A stretch of 64,000 nucleotides of DNA. Source: Mobula hypostoma. Lineage: Eukaryota. Of the stretch, positions 37,547 through 50,040 are shown one piece after another (within the stretch, counting starts at the first letter, position 1; the number at the start of each line of letters is the position of its first letter). Under the pieces are notes generated by a model. It searched no databases. It was not told the origin of the DNA and was given only the letters and a program-made list of their open reading frames with translations. Made by a program: the position numbers and the translations under genes. Location of the stretch: NCBI RefSeq assembly GCF_963921235.1, contig NC_086097.1, positions 244,716,001 through 244,780,000 on the forward strand, read 5' to 3'.

Positions 37547-39162
37547 TAGTAAGTACTTTATTAATCCCAAGTGGGAGATTCTTGTTGTTACAGCAGCAAC
37601 ATTTAAAAACACACTTAGTATTGTGCAGACTTCACTAATAATAAAGTATAGAATAATAATAAATGTCTGTCCACTCAGACGGTCTTGAAGCTGGGTATGG
37701 TAGCACCATGATCCGGGAAATACACATGTAGCCAGACCCCAGTTAAGCCCTAATAGACTGCACTCCTGGTATTCCCTCTGGGTCTCAATCAGTGCACCAA
37801 GCTCGTCCATCTTATTTCCAAAGGACCCAACGCTTCCCATGACCATAAGATATAGGAGCAGAAGAAGGCCATTTGGCCCATTGAGTCTGCTCCACCATTC
37901 AATCATAGACTGATCCAATTCTTCCAGTCATCCCCACTCCCCTGCTTTCACCCTATACTCTTTGATGCCCTGGCTAATCAAGAACCTATTTATCTCTGCC
38001 TTAAATACACCCAATGACTTGGCCTCCACAGCCACTCGTGGCAACAATTCCACAGATTTATGATTGTGGGGGTAGAAGGTCTACATTTATTCCTCCCAGC
38101 CTCAACCTTTGTTCTGGCCCTGTAGCCTCAGCGTTGACTCCCAAGCTCCCGTGGCTTCTCAGGCCACATTCCAGCAGTAGCATCAGTTTGCATAGCTCAA
38201 TCAGCTGGTCTCTGAAATAAACACAATTTTCACTCCAAACAACACACATAAAAGTTGCTGGTGAACGCAGCAGGCCAGGCAGCATCTCTAGGAAGAGGTA
38301 CAGTCGACAGTTCGGGCCGAGACCCTTCATCAGGACTAACTGAAAGAAGAGCTAGTAAGAGATTTGTAAGTGGGAGGGGGAGGAGGAGATCAGAAATGAT
38401 AGGAGAAGACAGGAAGGGGAGGGATGGAGCCAAGAGCTCTACAGATGATTGGCAAAAGGGATATGAGAGGATAATGGGACAGGAGACCCAGGGAGAAAGA
38501 AAAGGGGAGGGGGGGAACCAGAGGATGAGCAAGGGGTATAGTGAGGGGGACAGAGTGAGAAAAAGGAGAGAGAGAAAAAGAACGTGTGTATATAAATAAA
38601 TAACGGATGGGGTACGAGGGGGAGGTGGGGCATTAGCGGAAGTTTGAGAAGTCAATGCTCATGCCATCAGGTTGGAGGCTACCCAGACGGAATATAAGCT
38701 GGTGTTCCTCCAACCTGAGTGTGGCTTCATCTTTACAGTAGAGGAGGCCGTGGATAGACCTATGGGAATGGGACGTGGAATTAAAATGTGTGGCCACTGG
38801 GAGATCCTGCTTTCTCTAGTGGACAGAGCGTAGGCGTTCAGCAAAACGATCTCCCAGCCTACGTCGGGTCTCGCCAATATATAGAAGGCCATATCGGGAG
38901 CACCGGATGCAGTATATCACCCCTGCCAACTCACAGGTGAAGTGTCGCCTCACCTGGAAGGACTGTCTGGGGCCCTGAATGGTAGTGAGGGAGGAAGTGT
39001 AAGGGCATGTGTAACACAAGGTTGCCATCACAAATGGTCCTGGCACACAATAATCCAGAATGACACTCAAGAAAACAGAGGGATAACATCAAATAATATG
39101 AAAAACGGCAAAACACTGGAGCTACTGCGACAAGCTGCACTGGTACAGCACTATTTTGCATT
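37547..39162 (-). mobile_element. Internally deleted Rex1-like element (5' region + endonuclease start joined to 3' tail), itself interrupted by CR1 (37842-38058) and Penelope
   Basis: Removing the CR1 restores KCRPSTPTII|MGSVGSFGNKMDELGALIETQREYQECSLL (Rex1-type APE N-terminus). The 3' tail with AATAAA is at about 37547-37600. Confidence 0.65.
38238..39012 (-). mobile_element. Penelope-like element: GIY-YIG endonuclease remnant + terminal region with a mutated hammerhead (38301-38338)
   Basis: ORF 38816-39070 reads FTCELAGVIYCIRCSRYGLLYIGETRRRLGDRFAE. The hammerhead has CUGAUGA but GAACUGUC in place of GAAACGUC. Confidence 0.9.
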
Positions 39163-42100
39163 AGATTCAGCATGACATCTAAAACTTTGACAAATGTCTG
39201 TGGATGTGTTGTGGAAGAGTATATTGTCTGGCTGCATCACTGCCTCATATGGAAACTCCTACTAAAAGTAGTGGATACAGTCCAACCCTCCCCACCATTG
39301 AGCACACCTACATGAAACATTGTTGCAGGAAAGCAGTCCATCATCAGGGACGCCCCACCACCCAGGACGTGCTCTCCTCTCAGCGCTACCATCAGGAAGA
39401 AGGTACAGGAATGAGCCCGAGGAGTCGCACCACCAGGTTCAGGAGCAGTTATTGCTCCTCAACCACCAGGCTGTTGACCCAGAGAAAGGGGCCAACTTCA
39501 CTCAACTTCACTTGCCCCATCACTGAACTGTTCCCACAACTTCTGGACTCACTTTCGAACACTCTTCAGCTCATGTTCTTGATGTGTAATTTCTTATTAT
39601 TTAATTATTATTTCTGTTTTTTTTAATATTTACAGAGTTTGTTTTCTATTATACATTGGTTATTTCCCTGTCTTATTGGGTGCAGTCGTTCATTGGTTAT
39701 TAGATTTTTTGAGTATGCCTGCAAGAAAACTAATCTCAGTGTTGTATATGGTGACATATATGTTCTTTGATAATTTACGTTGAACTTTGTATGTTTAGAA
39801 ATTTTGTAAGCTGGATGCAATGCGTCGCCATGTTTCACCAGTGCCATCTTGCGAGAAAAAGAGAGTAGAGCAGCGGGTAAGCACACATTCTTGAGGTGCA
39901 TCCTTGTCAGCTTCCATCTTCAGCCTTTTGTCAGTCCATCTCTTACTGCATAGCTTCTGGTCCTGTTCCCTTACTCCCAAACCCCATCTGCCTATCACTC
40001 TTCCTCATTTAGGTGCTCTTAGATCATAAGACCTTAAGATATAGGAACTAGAATTAGGCCATTTGGCCCATCAAGTCTGCTCTGCCATTACATCATGGCT
40101 GATCCAGTTTCCCTCTCAGACCAAATCTCCTGCCTTCTCCCTGTATCCCTTCATGCCCTGACCAATCAAGAATCTGTCAACCTCTACCTTAAATATACAT
40201 GAAGATTTGGCCTCAACAGCTGCCTGTGGCAAAAAATTCCACAGATTCATCACCCTCTGGCCAAAGAAATTTTGCCTCATCTCCATTCTAAGAAGACACC
40301 CCTCTATTCTGAGGCTGTGTCCTCTGTTCTTCGACTCTCCCACCATAGGAAACATCCTCTCCACATCCACCCTGTCAAGGCCTTTCACCAATCGATAGCT
40401 TTCAATGAGGTCACCCCTCATTCTTGTGAACTCTAATGAATACAGGCCCAGAGCCATCAGATGCTTTTCATATGACAAGCCGTTCAATCCTGGAGTCATT
40501 TTCGTGAACCTCATTTGAACCCTCTCCAGTTTCAGCACATCCTTTCTAAAATAAGGGGCCCAAAACTGCTCACAATACGCCACGTGAGCCCTCACCAATG
40601 CCTTATAAAGTTTCAGCATTACATCCTTGCTTTTATATTCTAAACTTCTTGAGATGATTGCTAACATTGCATTTGACTCAACCTGCAGATTAGCCTTAAG
40701 GGAATCCTGCACAAGGACTCCCAAGTCCCCTTGTGTCTCAGTTTTTATTGTATCTTCTCTCTATTTAGAAATAGTCAGCTCTTTCATTTCTTTTACCAAA
40801 GTGCATGACCATACACTTCCCAACACTGTATTTCATCTGCCATTTCTTTGCCCATTCTCCTAATCTGTCTGTCCTTCTGTTGTCTTTCTACATCCTCAAA
40901 ACTACCTGCCCCTCCACCTGTCTTCATACTGTGTTGGGACCGATTCTTTTTACGTTATACATCAATGATTTAGATGATAGAATTGATGTCTTTGGAGCAA
41001 GGTTTGCAGACGATATACTAAGATAGGAACACCACTGGTCACTGGCAGCCAGTCAGAAAGGACTCCCTTTATTCCCACTCTTTGTCTCCTACCAATCAGC
41101 CACTGCTTTATCCATGCTAGAATCTTTCCTGTAATACCAGGGGCTTGTAGCTTGTTAAGCAGCTTCATGTGCCACCTTGTCAAAGGCCTTCTGAAAATCC
41201 AAGTACACAACATCAACACATTCTTCTTTGTCTGTCCTGCTTGTTACTTCTTCAAAGAATTCCATCAGATTTGTCAGGCAAGATTTTCCCTTGAGGAAAC
41301 TAGGCTGACTACTGCCTGTTTTACCATGTACGTCCAAGTACCCTGAGACTTCATCCTTAATCGACTCCAATGTATTCCCAACCACTCAGGTCAGTCTAAC
41401 TGGCCTATAGTTTCCTTCCTCCTGCCTCTCTCCCTTCTTGTAGTGTGGAGTGACATTTGCAATTTTCTAATCTTCCAGAACCATTCCAGAATCTAGTGAT
41501 TCTTAAAAGATTATTACCAATGCCTACAAGATCTCTTCAGAACTTTGGGATGGATACCATCTGGACTAAGTTACTTATCTATCTTCAGACATTTCAGTTT
41601 CCCAAGAACCTTCTCTCTAGTTATGGTAATTTCATAGACTTCATGCCCCCTAATACTTCCACCATACTGCTAGTGTCTTCCACACTGAAAATTGATGCAA
41701 CATACTTAATTTGTCCGCTATTCCGTTGTCCCCCATTACTACATCCCCAACATCGTTTTCCAATATCCACTTGTGCCTCTCTTTTACTCTTTATGTATCT
41801 GAAGAAACTTTTGGTATCCTCTTTAATATTATTGGCTAGCTTACTTTTGTATCCCACTTTACCCTTTTAGTTGCCTTCTGTTGGTTTTTAAAAGCTTCCC
41901 AATCTTCTAACTTCCCTCTAAGTTTTGCTCTATTATATGTCCTCTCTTTGGCTTTTATGTTGGCTTTGATTTCTCTTGTTAGCCATGGTTGTGTCATCTT
42001 TCCTTTAGAATACTACTTCTTCTTTGGGATGTATATATCCTGTGTCTTCCAAATTGCTTCCTGAAATTCCAGCTATTGCTGCTCTGCTGTCATCCCTGCC

Positions 42101-42444
42101 AGTGTTCTTTTCCAATCAATTTTGGTCAGTTTCTCTTCTCATGCCTCTGTAATTCCCTTTACTCCATTGTAATACTGATCCATCTGACTTTAGCTTCTTC
42201 TCCTCAAATTTCAGGGTGAATTCGATTATACTATGATCATTTACCACGAAGGTTCTTTTACCTTAAGCTCTCTAATCAATTCTGGTTCATTGCACAAAAC
42301 CCCATCCAGAGTAGCCGATCCTCTAGTGAGGCTCAACCATGAGCTGCTCTAAAAAGCTATCTTGTCGACACTCGAGAAATTCCCCTTTTGTAATCCAGCA
42401 CCAGTCTGATTTTCCCAATCTACCTGCGTATTGAAGTCCTTCAT

Positions 42445-42738
42445 TAGATTAGGTTAAAGTGTGTCACGAGCCTTGTGGCCCATCAGGCCGGTGCTTATTC
42501 CAGTTTCCGTGGCATGAAGTGACTGAGAGTACGAGACTCCCGCCCTGGATAGGACGCCAGTCTATCGCGAGGTTAACCCCCAGCATTTTTTTTTTGCCAG
42601 TACTCAGCTGGGTAGGCTGGAGCATTGTGTGGTTAAGTGCCTTGCTCAAGGACACACACGCTGCCCTGGCTGAGGCTTGAACCCACGACCTTCAGATCGC
42701 TAGTCCAGCGCCCTAACCACTTGGCCACACGCCACACA
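42445..42738 (-). mobile_element. Full-length tRNA-derived SINE with a CORE-like domain
   Basis: Minus strand has A box TGGCCAAGTGG, B box GGTTCAAGCC, then GTGTCCTTGAGCAAGGCACTTAACC. TSD AAGTCCTTCAT at 42434-42444 and 42739-42749. Confidence 0.9.
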
Positions 42739-43284
42739 AAGTCCTTCATGACTATTGTAAAATTGCTGTTTTAGCATACAATTTTCTATCTAATTGTAAT
42801 TTGTAGGCAACATCCTTACTACTGTTTGAGGATCTGTATACAACTCCCATCAGAGTCTTTTTACCTTTGCAGTTCCTTAGCTCTATTCAGAATGATTTAA
42901 CTCCTCCTGACCATATGTCACCTCTTTCTAATGATTTGATTTCATTTTTTTACCAACAGAGCAATGCTACCCCTTCTGCTTTCCTGCCTATCCTTTCACT
43001 ACAATGTGTATCCATGGACATTAAGCTCCCGGCTATAATCTTTCAGCCATGATTCAGTGATGCCTACAACATCATACCTGCCAATCTGCAACTGTGCTGC
43101 AGGTTCATCTACCTTATTCCATATACTGCGCACTTTTAGATACAACACTTTCAGTCCTGTATTCACCCTTTTCAATTTTGTTGCACCATGCTCAACCTTT
43201 TGACTTAACTTTGAGGTCTTATTAGCATCTGCTTCCATAACCTCTCCACTAACTGTTCTGGCACTCTGGTTCCCATCCTCAGGT

Positions 43285-44470
43285 CAATAGACAATAGGTG
43301 CAGAAGTAGACCATTCGGCCCTTCGAGCCTGCACCGCCATTCTGAGATCATGGCTGATCATCTACTATCAATACCCGGTTCCTGCCTTGTCCCCATAACC
43401 CTTGATTCCCCTACCCATAAGATACCTATCTAGCTCCTTCTTGAAAGCATCCAGAGAATTGGCCTCCACTGCCTTCTGAGACAGCGCATTCCACACCTCC
43501 ACAACTCTCTGGGAGAAGTTGTTCCTCCTCAACTCTGTCCGAAATGACCTACCCCTTATTCTTAAACCATGCCCTCTGGTACTGGACTCTCCCAGCATCT
43601 GGAACATATTTCCTGCCTCTATCTTGTCCAATCCCTTAATAATCTTATATGTCTCCATCAGATCCCCCCTCAATCTTCTTAATTCCAGCGTGTACAAACC
43701 CAGTCTCTCTAACCTCTCTGTGTAAGACAGTCCGGACATCCCAAGAATTAACCTAGTGAACCTACACTGCACCTCCTCCACAGCCAGGATGTCCTTCCTT
43801 AACCCTGGAGACCAAAACTGCACACAGTACTCCAGGTGTGGTCTCACCAGGGCCCTGTACAAATGCAAAAGGATTTCCTTGCTCTTGTACTCAATTCCCT
43901 TCGTAATAAAGGCCAACATTCCATTAGCCTTCTTCACTGCCTGCTGCACTTGCTCATTCACCTTCAGAGACTGATGAACAAGTACTCCTAGATCTCTTTG
44001 TATTTCTCCCTTACCTAACTCCACACCGTTCAGATAATCTGCCTTCCTGTTCTTGCTCCCAAAGTGAATAACCTCACACTTAATTCACATTAAACGCCAT
44101 CTGCCAAGTTTCTGCCCACTCACCCAGCCTATCCAAGTCACCTTGATTCTCCTAACATCCTCATCACATGTCACACTGCCACCCAGCTTAGTATCATCAG
44201 CAAACTTGATGTTATTCACAATGCCTTCCTCTAAATCATTGACGTAAATCGTAAATAGCTGTGGTCCCAATACCGAGCCCTGTGGCACTCCACTAGTCAC
44301 CACCTGCCATTCTGAGAAACACCCATTCACTGCTACCCTTTGCTTTCTATCTGCCAACCAGTTTTCTATCCATGTCAATATCCTCCCCCCAATGCCATGA
44401 GCTCTGATTTTACCCACCAATCTCCTATGTGGTACCTTATCAAATGCCTTCTGAAAGTCAAGGTACACCA
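43285..44470 (-). mobile_element. Younger CR1 LINE, 5'-truncated
   Basis: Long open frames 44085-44486 (YLDFQKAFDKVP...GVPQGSVLGP...KFADDTK) and 43368-44024 (218 aa). Tail is caatagacaatagg. Confidence 0.9.
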
Positions 44471-44989
44471 CATGCAGCATTAACAAACCTTCTTCCTGTG
44501 ATATTAACTCCCCTCCAAATCAGGTGCAAACCGTCCCTTCTGTACAGGTCCCACCTTCCCTGGAAGAGAGCCCAATGATCCAAAAACCTTATGCCCTCCC
44601 TCCTAGACCAACTCCTTAGCCATGTATTAAACTGTATAATCTTCCTAGTATTGGCCTCACTGGCATGTGGTATGGATAGCAATCTTGAAATCACAACCCT
44701 GCCCTTTAACTTAGCACCTAACTCCCTGAACCCCCTATGCAGAACCTCGTCACTCATCATACCCATGTCATTGGTACCTACGTGAACCACGACTGCAGGC
44801 ACTTCACCCTCCCACTTAAGAATGCTGAGGACTTGATCTGAGATATCCCAGACCCTGGCACCTGAGAGGCAACATACCATCCGGGAATCTTGTTCTCACC
44901 TACAAATCCTCCTGTCCATTCCCCTAACTAACGTATCCCCTATCACCACACTTAACACTTGCTAGCTTTTGTTTCATCCACCCTTTCCC

Positions 44990-46570
44990 TCCAGAACGAA
45001 AGGATTGTTACTTTGGATGCGATGTACCATATAAAATCATCAAGTTGAAGAGTACAATAATTAAAAAGAACACAATAAATATACATACATAAAATAACTT
45101 TTATACGTAGATTGATTATATATACATAAAGTGACACTAGGCCCAAGAGTGTCTGTACATAAGGTGACTCTGACAGGAAATTCTAAAGTAGTAGTGGTTG
45201 GGGGTGTGATGAGGCTAGTTCGTGGGTGGAGGTTTTGGTGTGCCTTACTGCATGGGGAAAGTAACTGTGTTTTGAGTCTGGTGGTCCTGGCATGGATCCT
45301 ACATAGCCTGTTCCCTGATGGCAGTGGGACAAACAGTCCATGAGCAGGTGAGTGGTATCCTTCATGATATCACTGGTGGTGCCAGCGAACAACACGACCA
45401 AGGGCAACATCCTCCAGATGGTTCATGAAACTACTCTTTCATTTCTTTTACGTCTTTATCTTTCAAATGTGGTTCTGCTACTGTTGGAGCCTGTCATCTC
45501 CGTTTTGCTGTTGTATTTATGGGCTGACTGAGTGATCTGGTGCTTTGCTCACACCAGGAGGGTTCAGTGCATGAGCCCATGATTGGCTCTATTTCTCATT
45601 GATTAAACTGTCGATGATTGAAATCATTGAGGAGAATGCGGAAGGTGAGGGGGTCTTCAGTGCCTTCTAGCATCTAGCATCTAGCTCGCCACTGCAGTAG
45701 GCAGATATCTGCATGTGATGGTCTCTATCTTTCACTCTCGCTGCTCCCAAAGAATGGTCGCTGTGTTCGAATGTGCTTGATGCTGTCAGAGGATAGTGCT
45801 GGATTTCTCAGTCTTGGGCAAGGTTTAGTCAAATCGGTTTGTGGTTTGGACTCTAATTCATGTTATGAGGTGTTTCTGCTTTCTGGTCACTCCTTTTCTT
45901 TGGTTGCTGTTTTGGGTGGGTGATTTTGATTGGGGTGGCCTGGAGATGAACTGAATATGCCTGGACTCGTGGTTTTGTATTGTGGTTTTGCTGCTTTTTT
46001 TTGTTGACCTTTGTGCATGCGGGTGGGGTTTTGATGTTTTACCTTGAGCAGATTCCTTAGTTTTCTTTGTTTCATGACTGTCTGTGAGGAAGACAAACCT
46101 CAGGGTTTTAAAATGCATAAATAGTTTGATAATGTACTTTGTACATTTTCTGCGACCTTTCTGTGTATGTAGGCTGGTGCTGGTGATGCATTGGGTAGTT
46201 TTGACTACCTGTTCACCGCAGTTAGGATGCTCTCAACCGTGCATCTGCAGAAGGTTGTGAACATTGCTAAGCATAGTCCAGCTCTCTTCAGCGCATTCAG
46301 AAAGTAGAGGTATTGGTGAGCTTTCTTGATTGTGTCAGATGTATTCTAGAATCATGAGAGGTTGTGCAAGATGAGCAGTCCCACGGGTTTGAAACTGCTC
46401 ACAGTTTCCACTGCTGTGCTGCCAATGCATGGAAGGGCGTGAGTGGTGCGAATTTTCCTGAAGTTGATAACCATCTCCTTTGTCTTGTTGATATTGAGGA
46501 AGGGGTTATTTGCCTGGCACCAGACCTCAAGCTTCCCACCTGCTCTCTGCAGGCCATCAACGTCCATTTC
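44990..46570 (-). mobile_element. Rex1-clade LINE fragment split by a + strand non-coding element (about 45375-46140)
   Basis: WCQANNPFLNINKTKEMVINFRK (46352-46567) and DIMKDTTH (45183-45410). The inserted block ends in a LINE-like tail. Confidence 0.65.
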
Positions 46571-46739
46571 CCCCCATAAGTGATGCTAACCCTGCTGAAT
46601 TTCTCCAGTGCTTTGTGTGTTGCTGCAGATTACAGCATCTGCAGAGTCATGTGTCTGTAGATAATTAATCATGTCATTTAGCTCTAATTTATAACTCCTA
46701 AGTTATAAGTGTGAAAGGCAAGTAACCGCATCTTGAAAA

Positions 46740-49020
46740 CTCAGAATCAGGTTTGATATCACCAGCATATATCATAAAATTTGTTAACTTTGTAATAAGA
46801 AAAAATAGTTAAATAAGCAGTGGAAAAATGAAAATAAAGAAGTAGTGAGGTACTGTTCATGGGTTCAATGTCCATTCTAAAATTGGATGGCAGAGGGGAC
46901 GAAGCTGTTCCTGAATCATTCAGTGTGTGCCTTTAGGCTTTTGTACCTCCTCCCTGATGGTAGCAATGAGAACAAGGCATGACCTGGGTAATGGGGATAC
47001 TTAAAGATGGAACTGCTTTTTTTGAGGCATTGCTCCTTGAAGATGTCCTGGATACTACAGTGGCTAGTGCTCATGATGGAGCTGACTGAGTTTACAGCTC
47101 TCTGCAGCTTTCTTTGATCCTGTGCAGTAACCCACACCCCCATACCAAACAGTGACGCAGCCTGTTAGAATGTTCACATGGTACATCTGTAGAAATTTTC
47201 AAGTGTTTTTGGTGACATACCAAATCTCCTCAAACTCCTATTGAAATATAACTGCTGTCACGCTTTCTTTGTAGCTGCATTGATATGTTGAGTCCAGGTT
47301 AGATTCTAAGAGGTAGATTAGATTAGATTATGAGGACACGCAGTCCTTTTTTATTATCATTTAGTCATTAAGAAATGATACAATGTTTTTCCAGAATGAT
47401 ATCACAAAAACACATGACAAACCGACTTAAAAACTAACAAAAACCACATAAGGAGAGGGAGGAGAGATAGCAGCGCACCGCACGTGCGCAGCCCTCCAGT
47501 GAAAGTGATATCATATCCGTTATATAGGGGCCGTGGACAATTCTGATTTGATGGAGACAGACGTGAAAGCACAGAGGAACATCTGGAGAAATTTCTGAAA
47601 TGCCCGTTCGCTGCTGTTGTTACTGCGCAATCAAGAATCTCTGGAGGGTAGGCCCCAAAATCCCCAGCTTTGCCTGCTGCTGGCGACCGAGATTGAGGTC
47701 GAATCGCTCGGATAGAGATGGTGCTCGGTACTCGGCGTCGAAGGGCTGATCGGAGTCTCGAAGTTTTCGGACGACTCAGAGTTGGACTGTGGTCGGGCAT
47801 GGCAGGGAGAGTTTTTCTTCCTTCTCCCGTCTGCGTGAGATGTGGGACATTTGAGAGACTTCGAACTTTTTACTGTGCTCATGGACTTCTTCATCAAGTT
47901 ATTGTATTGTTGCACTGTTGTAACTATATTTTATAATTATGTGGTTTTGTTAGTTTTTTCAGTCTTGGTCTGTCCTGTGTTTTGTGATATCACACTGAAG
48001 GAAATATTGTATCATTTCTTAATGCATGCATTACTAAATGACAATAAAAGAGGACTGCGTGTCTTCATAATCATAATCTAAAAATCTAATGATAACATAT
48101 AGTTACAACAGTGCAAAGCAATACTGTAATTTGATAAGAACAGACCATGGCACGGTAAAAGTCTCAAAGTCTCTCGAAAGTCCCATCATCTCATGCAGAC
48201 GGTGAACCTCCAGCGCCGCCAACTTGCCGATGCAGCATCCTGGAAGCATCCGACCACAGTCCGAAAACTCCGAGCCTCTGACCAGCTCTTTGACACCGAG
48301 CACCATCTCTGCCGAGCGTTCCAACCCTGGCCCCGGCAACGGCAATAGGCAAAGCCGAGGATTTGGGGCCTTCATCTCCAGAGATTCTCGATCGCACAGT
48401 AGCAGCGGCAGCAAAGCAGGCATTTCAGAAGTTACTCCAGGTGTTCCTCCGTTCTTTCACGGCTGTCTCCATCAAATTGGGATTGTGCACACACCCCCCC
48501 TCCCCCCAGTTACACATACGATATTCACTCGAAACGGCCGCGCTAGGAGTCATTGCTCCTCAGGACCTTGAAAATGTTCACTGTTTCCACTTCTGATCGC
48601 TCTAAGAGGAGTGGTGTATGTTCCCTCGCCTTACCCTTTCTGAAGTCCACAATCAGTTCTTTGGTCTTACTGATGTTGATGCAATGTTGTTGCTGCAGCA
48701 CCACTCAACTAGCTGGTATATCGCAGGGCTGGAATGCCCTCTTGTTACCTTCTGAAATTCTGCCAACAATGGTTGTATCATCAGCAAATTTATAGATGGC
48801 ATTTGAGTTGTGGGCTAAGCACACATCCCTGTGGTGCCCCAGTGTTGATTGTCAGCAAGGTGGAGTCCAATCCACACAGATTGTGGTCTTCCAGTTACAA
48901 AGTTGAGAATTCAGTTGCAGAGGGAGGCACAGAGGTCCAGGTTCTGGAGCTTTTCGATCAGAACTTTAGGAATGATGGTGTTAATCATTGAGCTGTAGTC
49001 AATAAACAGCATCCTGACAT
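46740..49020 (-). mobile_element. Rex1-clade LINE split by two nested copies of the about 630-bp non-autonomous element
   Basis: ORF 46916-47143 has HALFSLLPSGRRYKSL. The RT resumes at about 48555 (KFADDTT on the minus strand near 48770-48790). Confidence 0.8.
47451..48087 (+). mobile_element. About 630-bp non-autonomous retroelement inserted in opposite orientation into another copy of its family (47315-47450 + 48088-48550, minus)
   Basis: Ends AATAAAAGAGGACTGCGTGTCTTCATAATCATAATCTAA. The host copy reads aaaaccacataa | ...ataacatatagttacaacagtgca, collinear with 21087-21125. Confidence 0.8.
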
Positions 49021-49790
49021 CACGGGAATGTCCCAGTTTTCACGATTGCCAGGGTTGGGTGCCTACTCTTTCCCTTGTCATCACTCACAAATTAGGAGTT
49101 GTTGTAGGACTTGGTCATGGATTCCTTAAAGAAATGGAATTTTCACATATTGCTTTAGGTGCTCACAGTGTTATCTCCTGTGGAGTCATGGTCATAGAAA
49201 GCTGAAGCACAGAAACAAGCTCGTCAGCCCATCTAGTCCATGCCAAACCATTTAAACTGCCTACTCCCTTCGACCTGCACCTGGACAGTAGCCCTCCCAT
49301 CCATGTCCCTATCCAAACTTCTCTTAAACGTTGAAATCAAAATCAGATCCACCACTTGTGCTGCAAGCTCGTTCCATATTCTCATCACCCTCTGAGTGAA
49401 GAAGTTTCCGCTTATGTTCCCTTTAAACATTTCATCTTTTGCCTTTAATGGCCTGTGGTTGTAGTCCCACTCAACCTCAGTGGAAAAAGCCTGCTTGCAT
49501 TTACCCTATCTATACCCCTCATTATTTTGTATACCTTTGTCATCTAAATTCAAGTAAACAAACAGAGATATAATTTTGTGATTACCTTTGCTCAGTCACT
49601 TGCCACTTTAATCCTCCATTCCACTTCAACTCTGATCTATTCATTTTGTGTCCCCCTCCACCATTAAAGGACCCATTGTTTAGCACTTCATCATCTGCCA
49701 GAACAAAGTGCACATTTTAGGATTCTATACCAGATTCAACAACTTCTGTTAACTTTGCTATCTCAGTATCAGAGCTGGCCGGTATTGCTG

Positions 49791-49887
49791 CAACACACAT
49801 CAAAGTTGCTGGTGAACGCAGCAGGGCAGGCAGCATCTCTAGGAAGAGGTACAGTCGACATTTCAGGCTGAGACCCTTCGTCAGGAC
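49791..49887 (-). mobile_element. Penelope-like terminal fragment with minimal hammerhead (49852-49887)
   Basis: Minus strand reads AGUC-CUGACGA-A-GGG-UCUCAG-CCU-GAAA-U-GUC^GACUG. Same about 97-bp unit as 26584-26679. Confidence 0.82.
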
Positions 49888-50040
49888 TCGCTGTAAGGTT
49901 ACCAGTTTGTAAAATTAGTTGTCTTTCCCAGGACTTGCCTTTCCCTTTGGTTTGTTTCATAACATAGACCACAACAGGCCCTTAAACCCATGATGTTATG
50001 ATGACCTATTAACCTACTCTAAGGTCAATTTAACCCTTCA

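Larger units (their letters stand above)
37240..39790 (+). mobile_element. Rex1-clade LINE split by a nested block (37547-39162)
   Basis: ...cttagaagtttgagaagat at about 37546 continues as agattcagcatgacatctaaaactttgac at about 39163, collinear with the uninterrupted copy at 36630-36680. Confidence 0.8.
40025..44950 (-). mobile_element. Long decayed CR1 LINE (ORF1 esterase 44470-44950; EN 43240 down to 3' end 40025) with a nested SINE and a younger CR1
   Basis: ORFs 44458-44880 (VHVGTND...DGLHL), 42999-43238 (VVGITESWL), 41155-41385 and 40116-40724. Confidence 0.88.

Noticed and set aside
42670..42738. tRNA gene on the minus strand
   Set aside because: It is the head of a TSD-flanked SINE and continues into a CORE-like domain.
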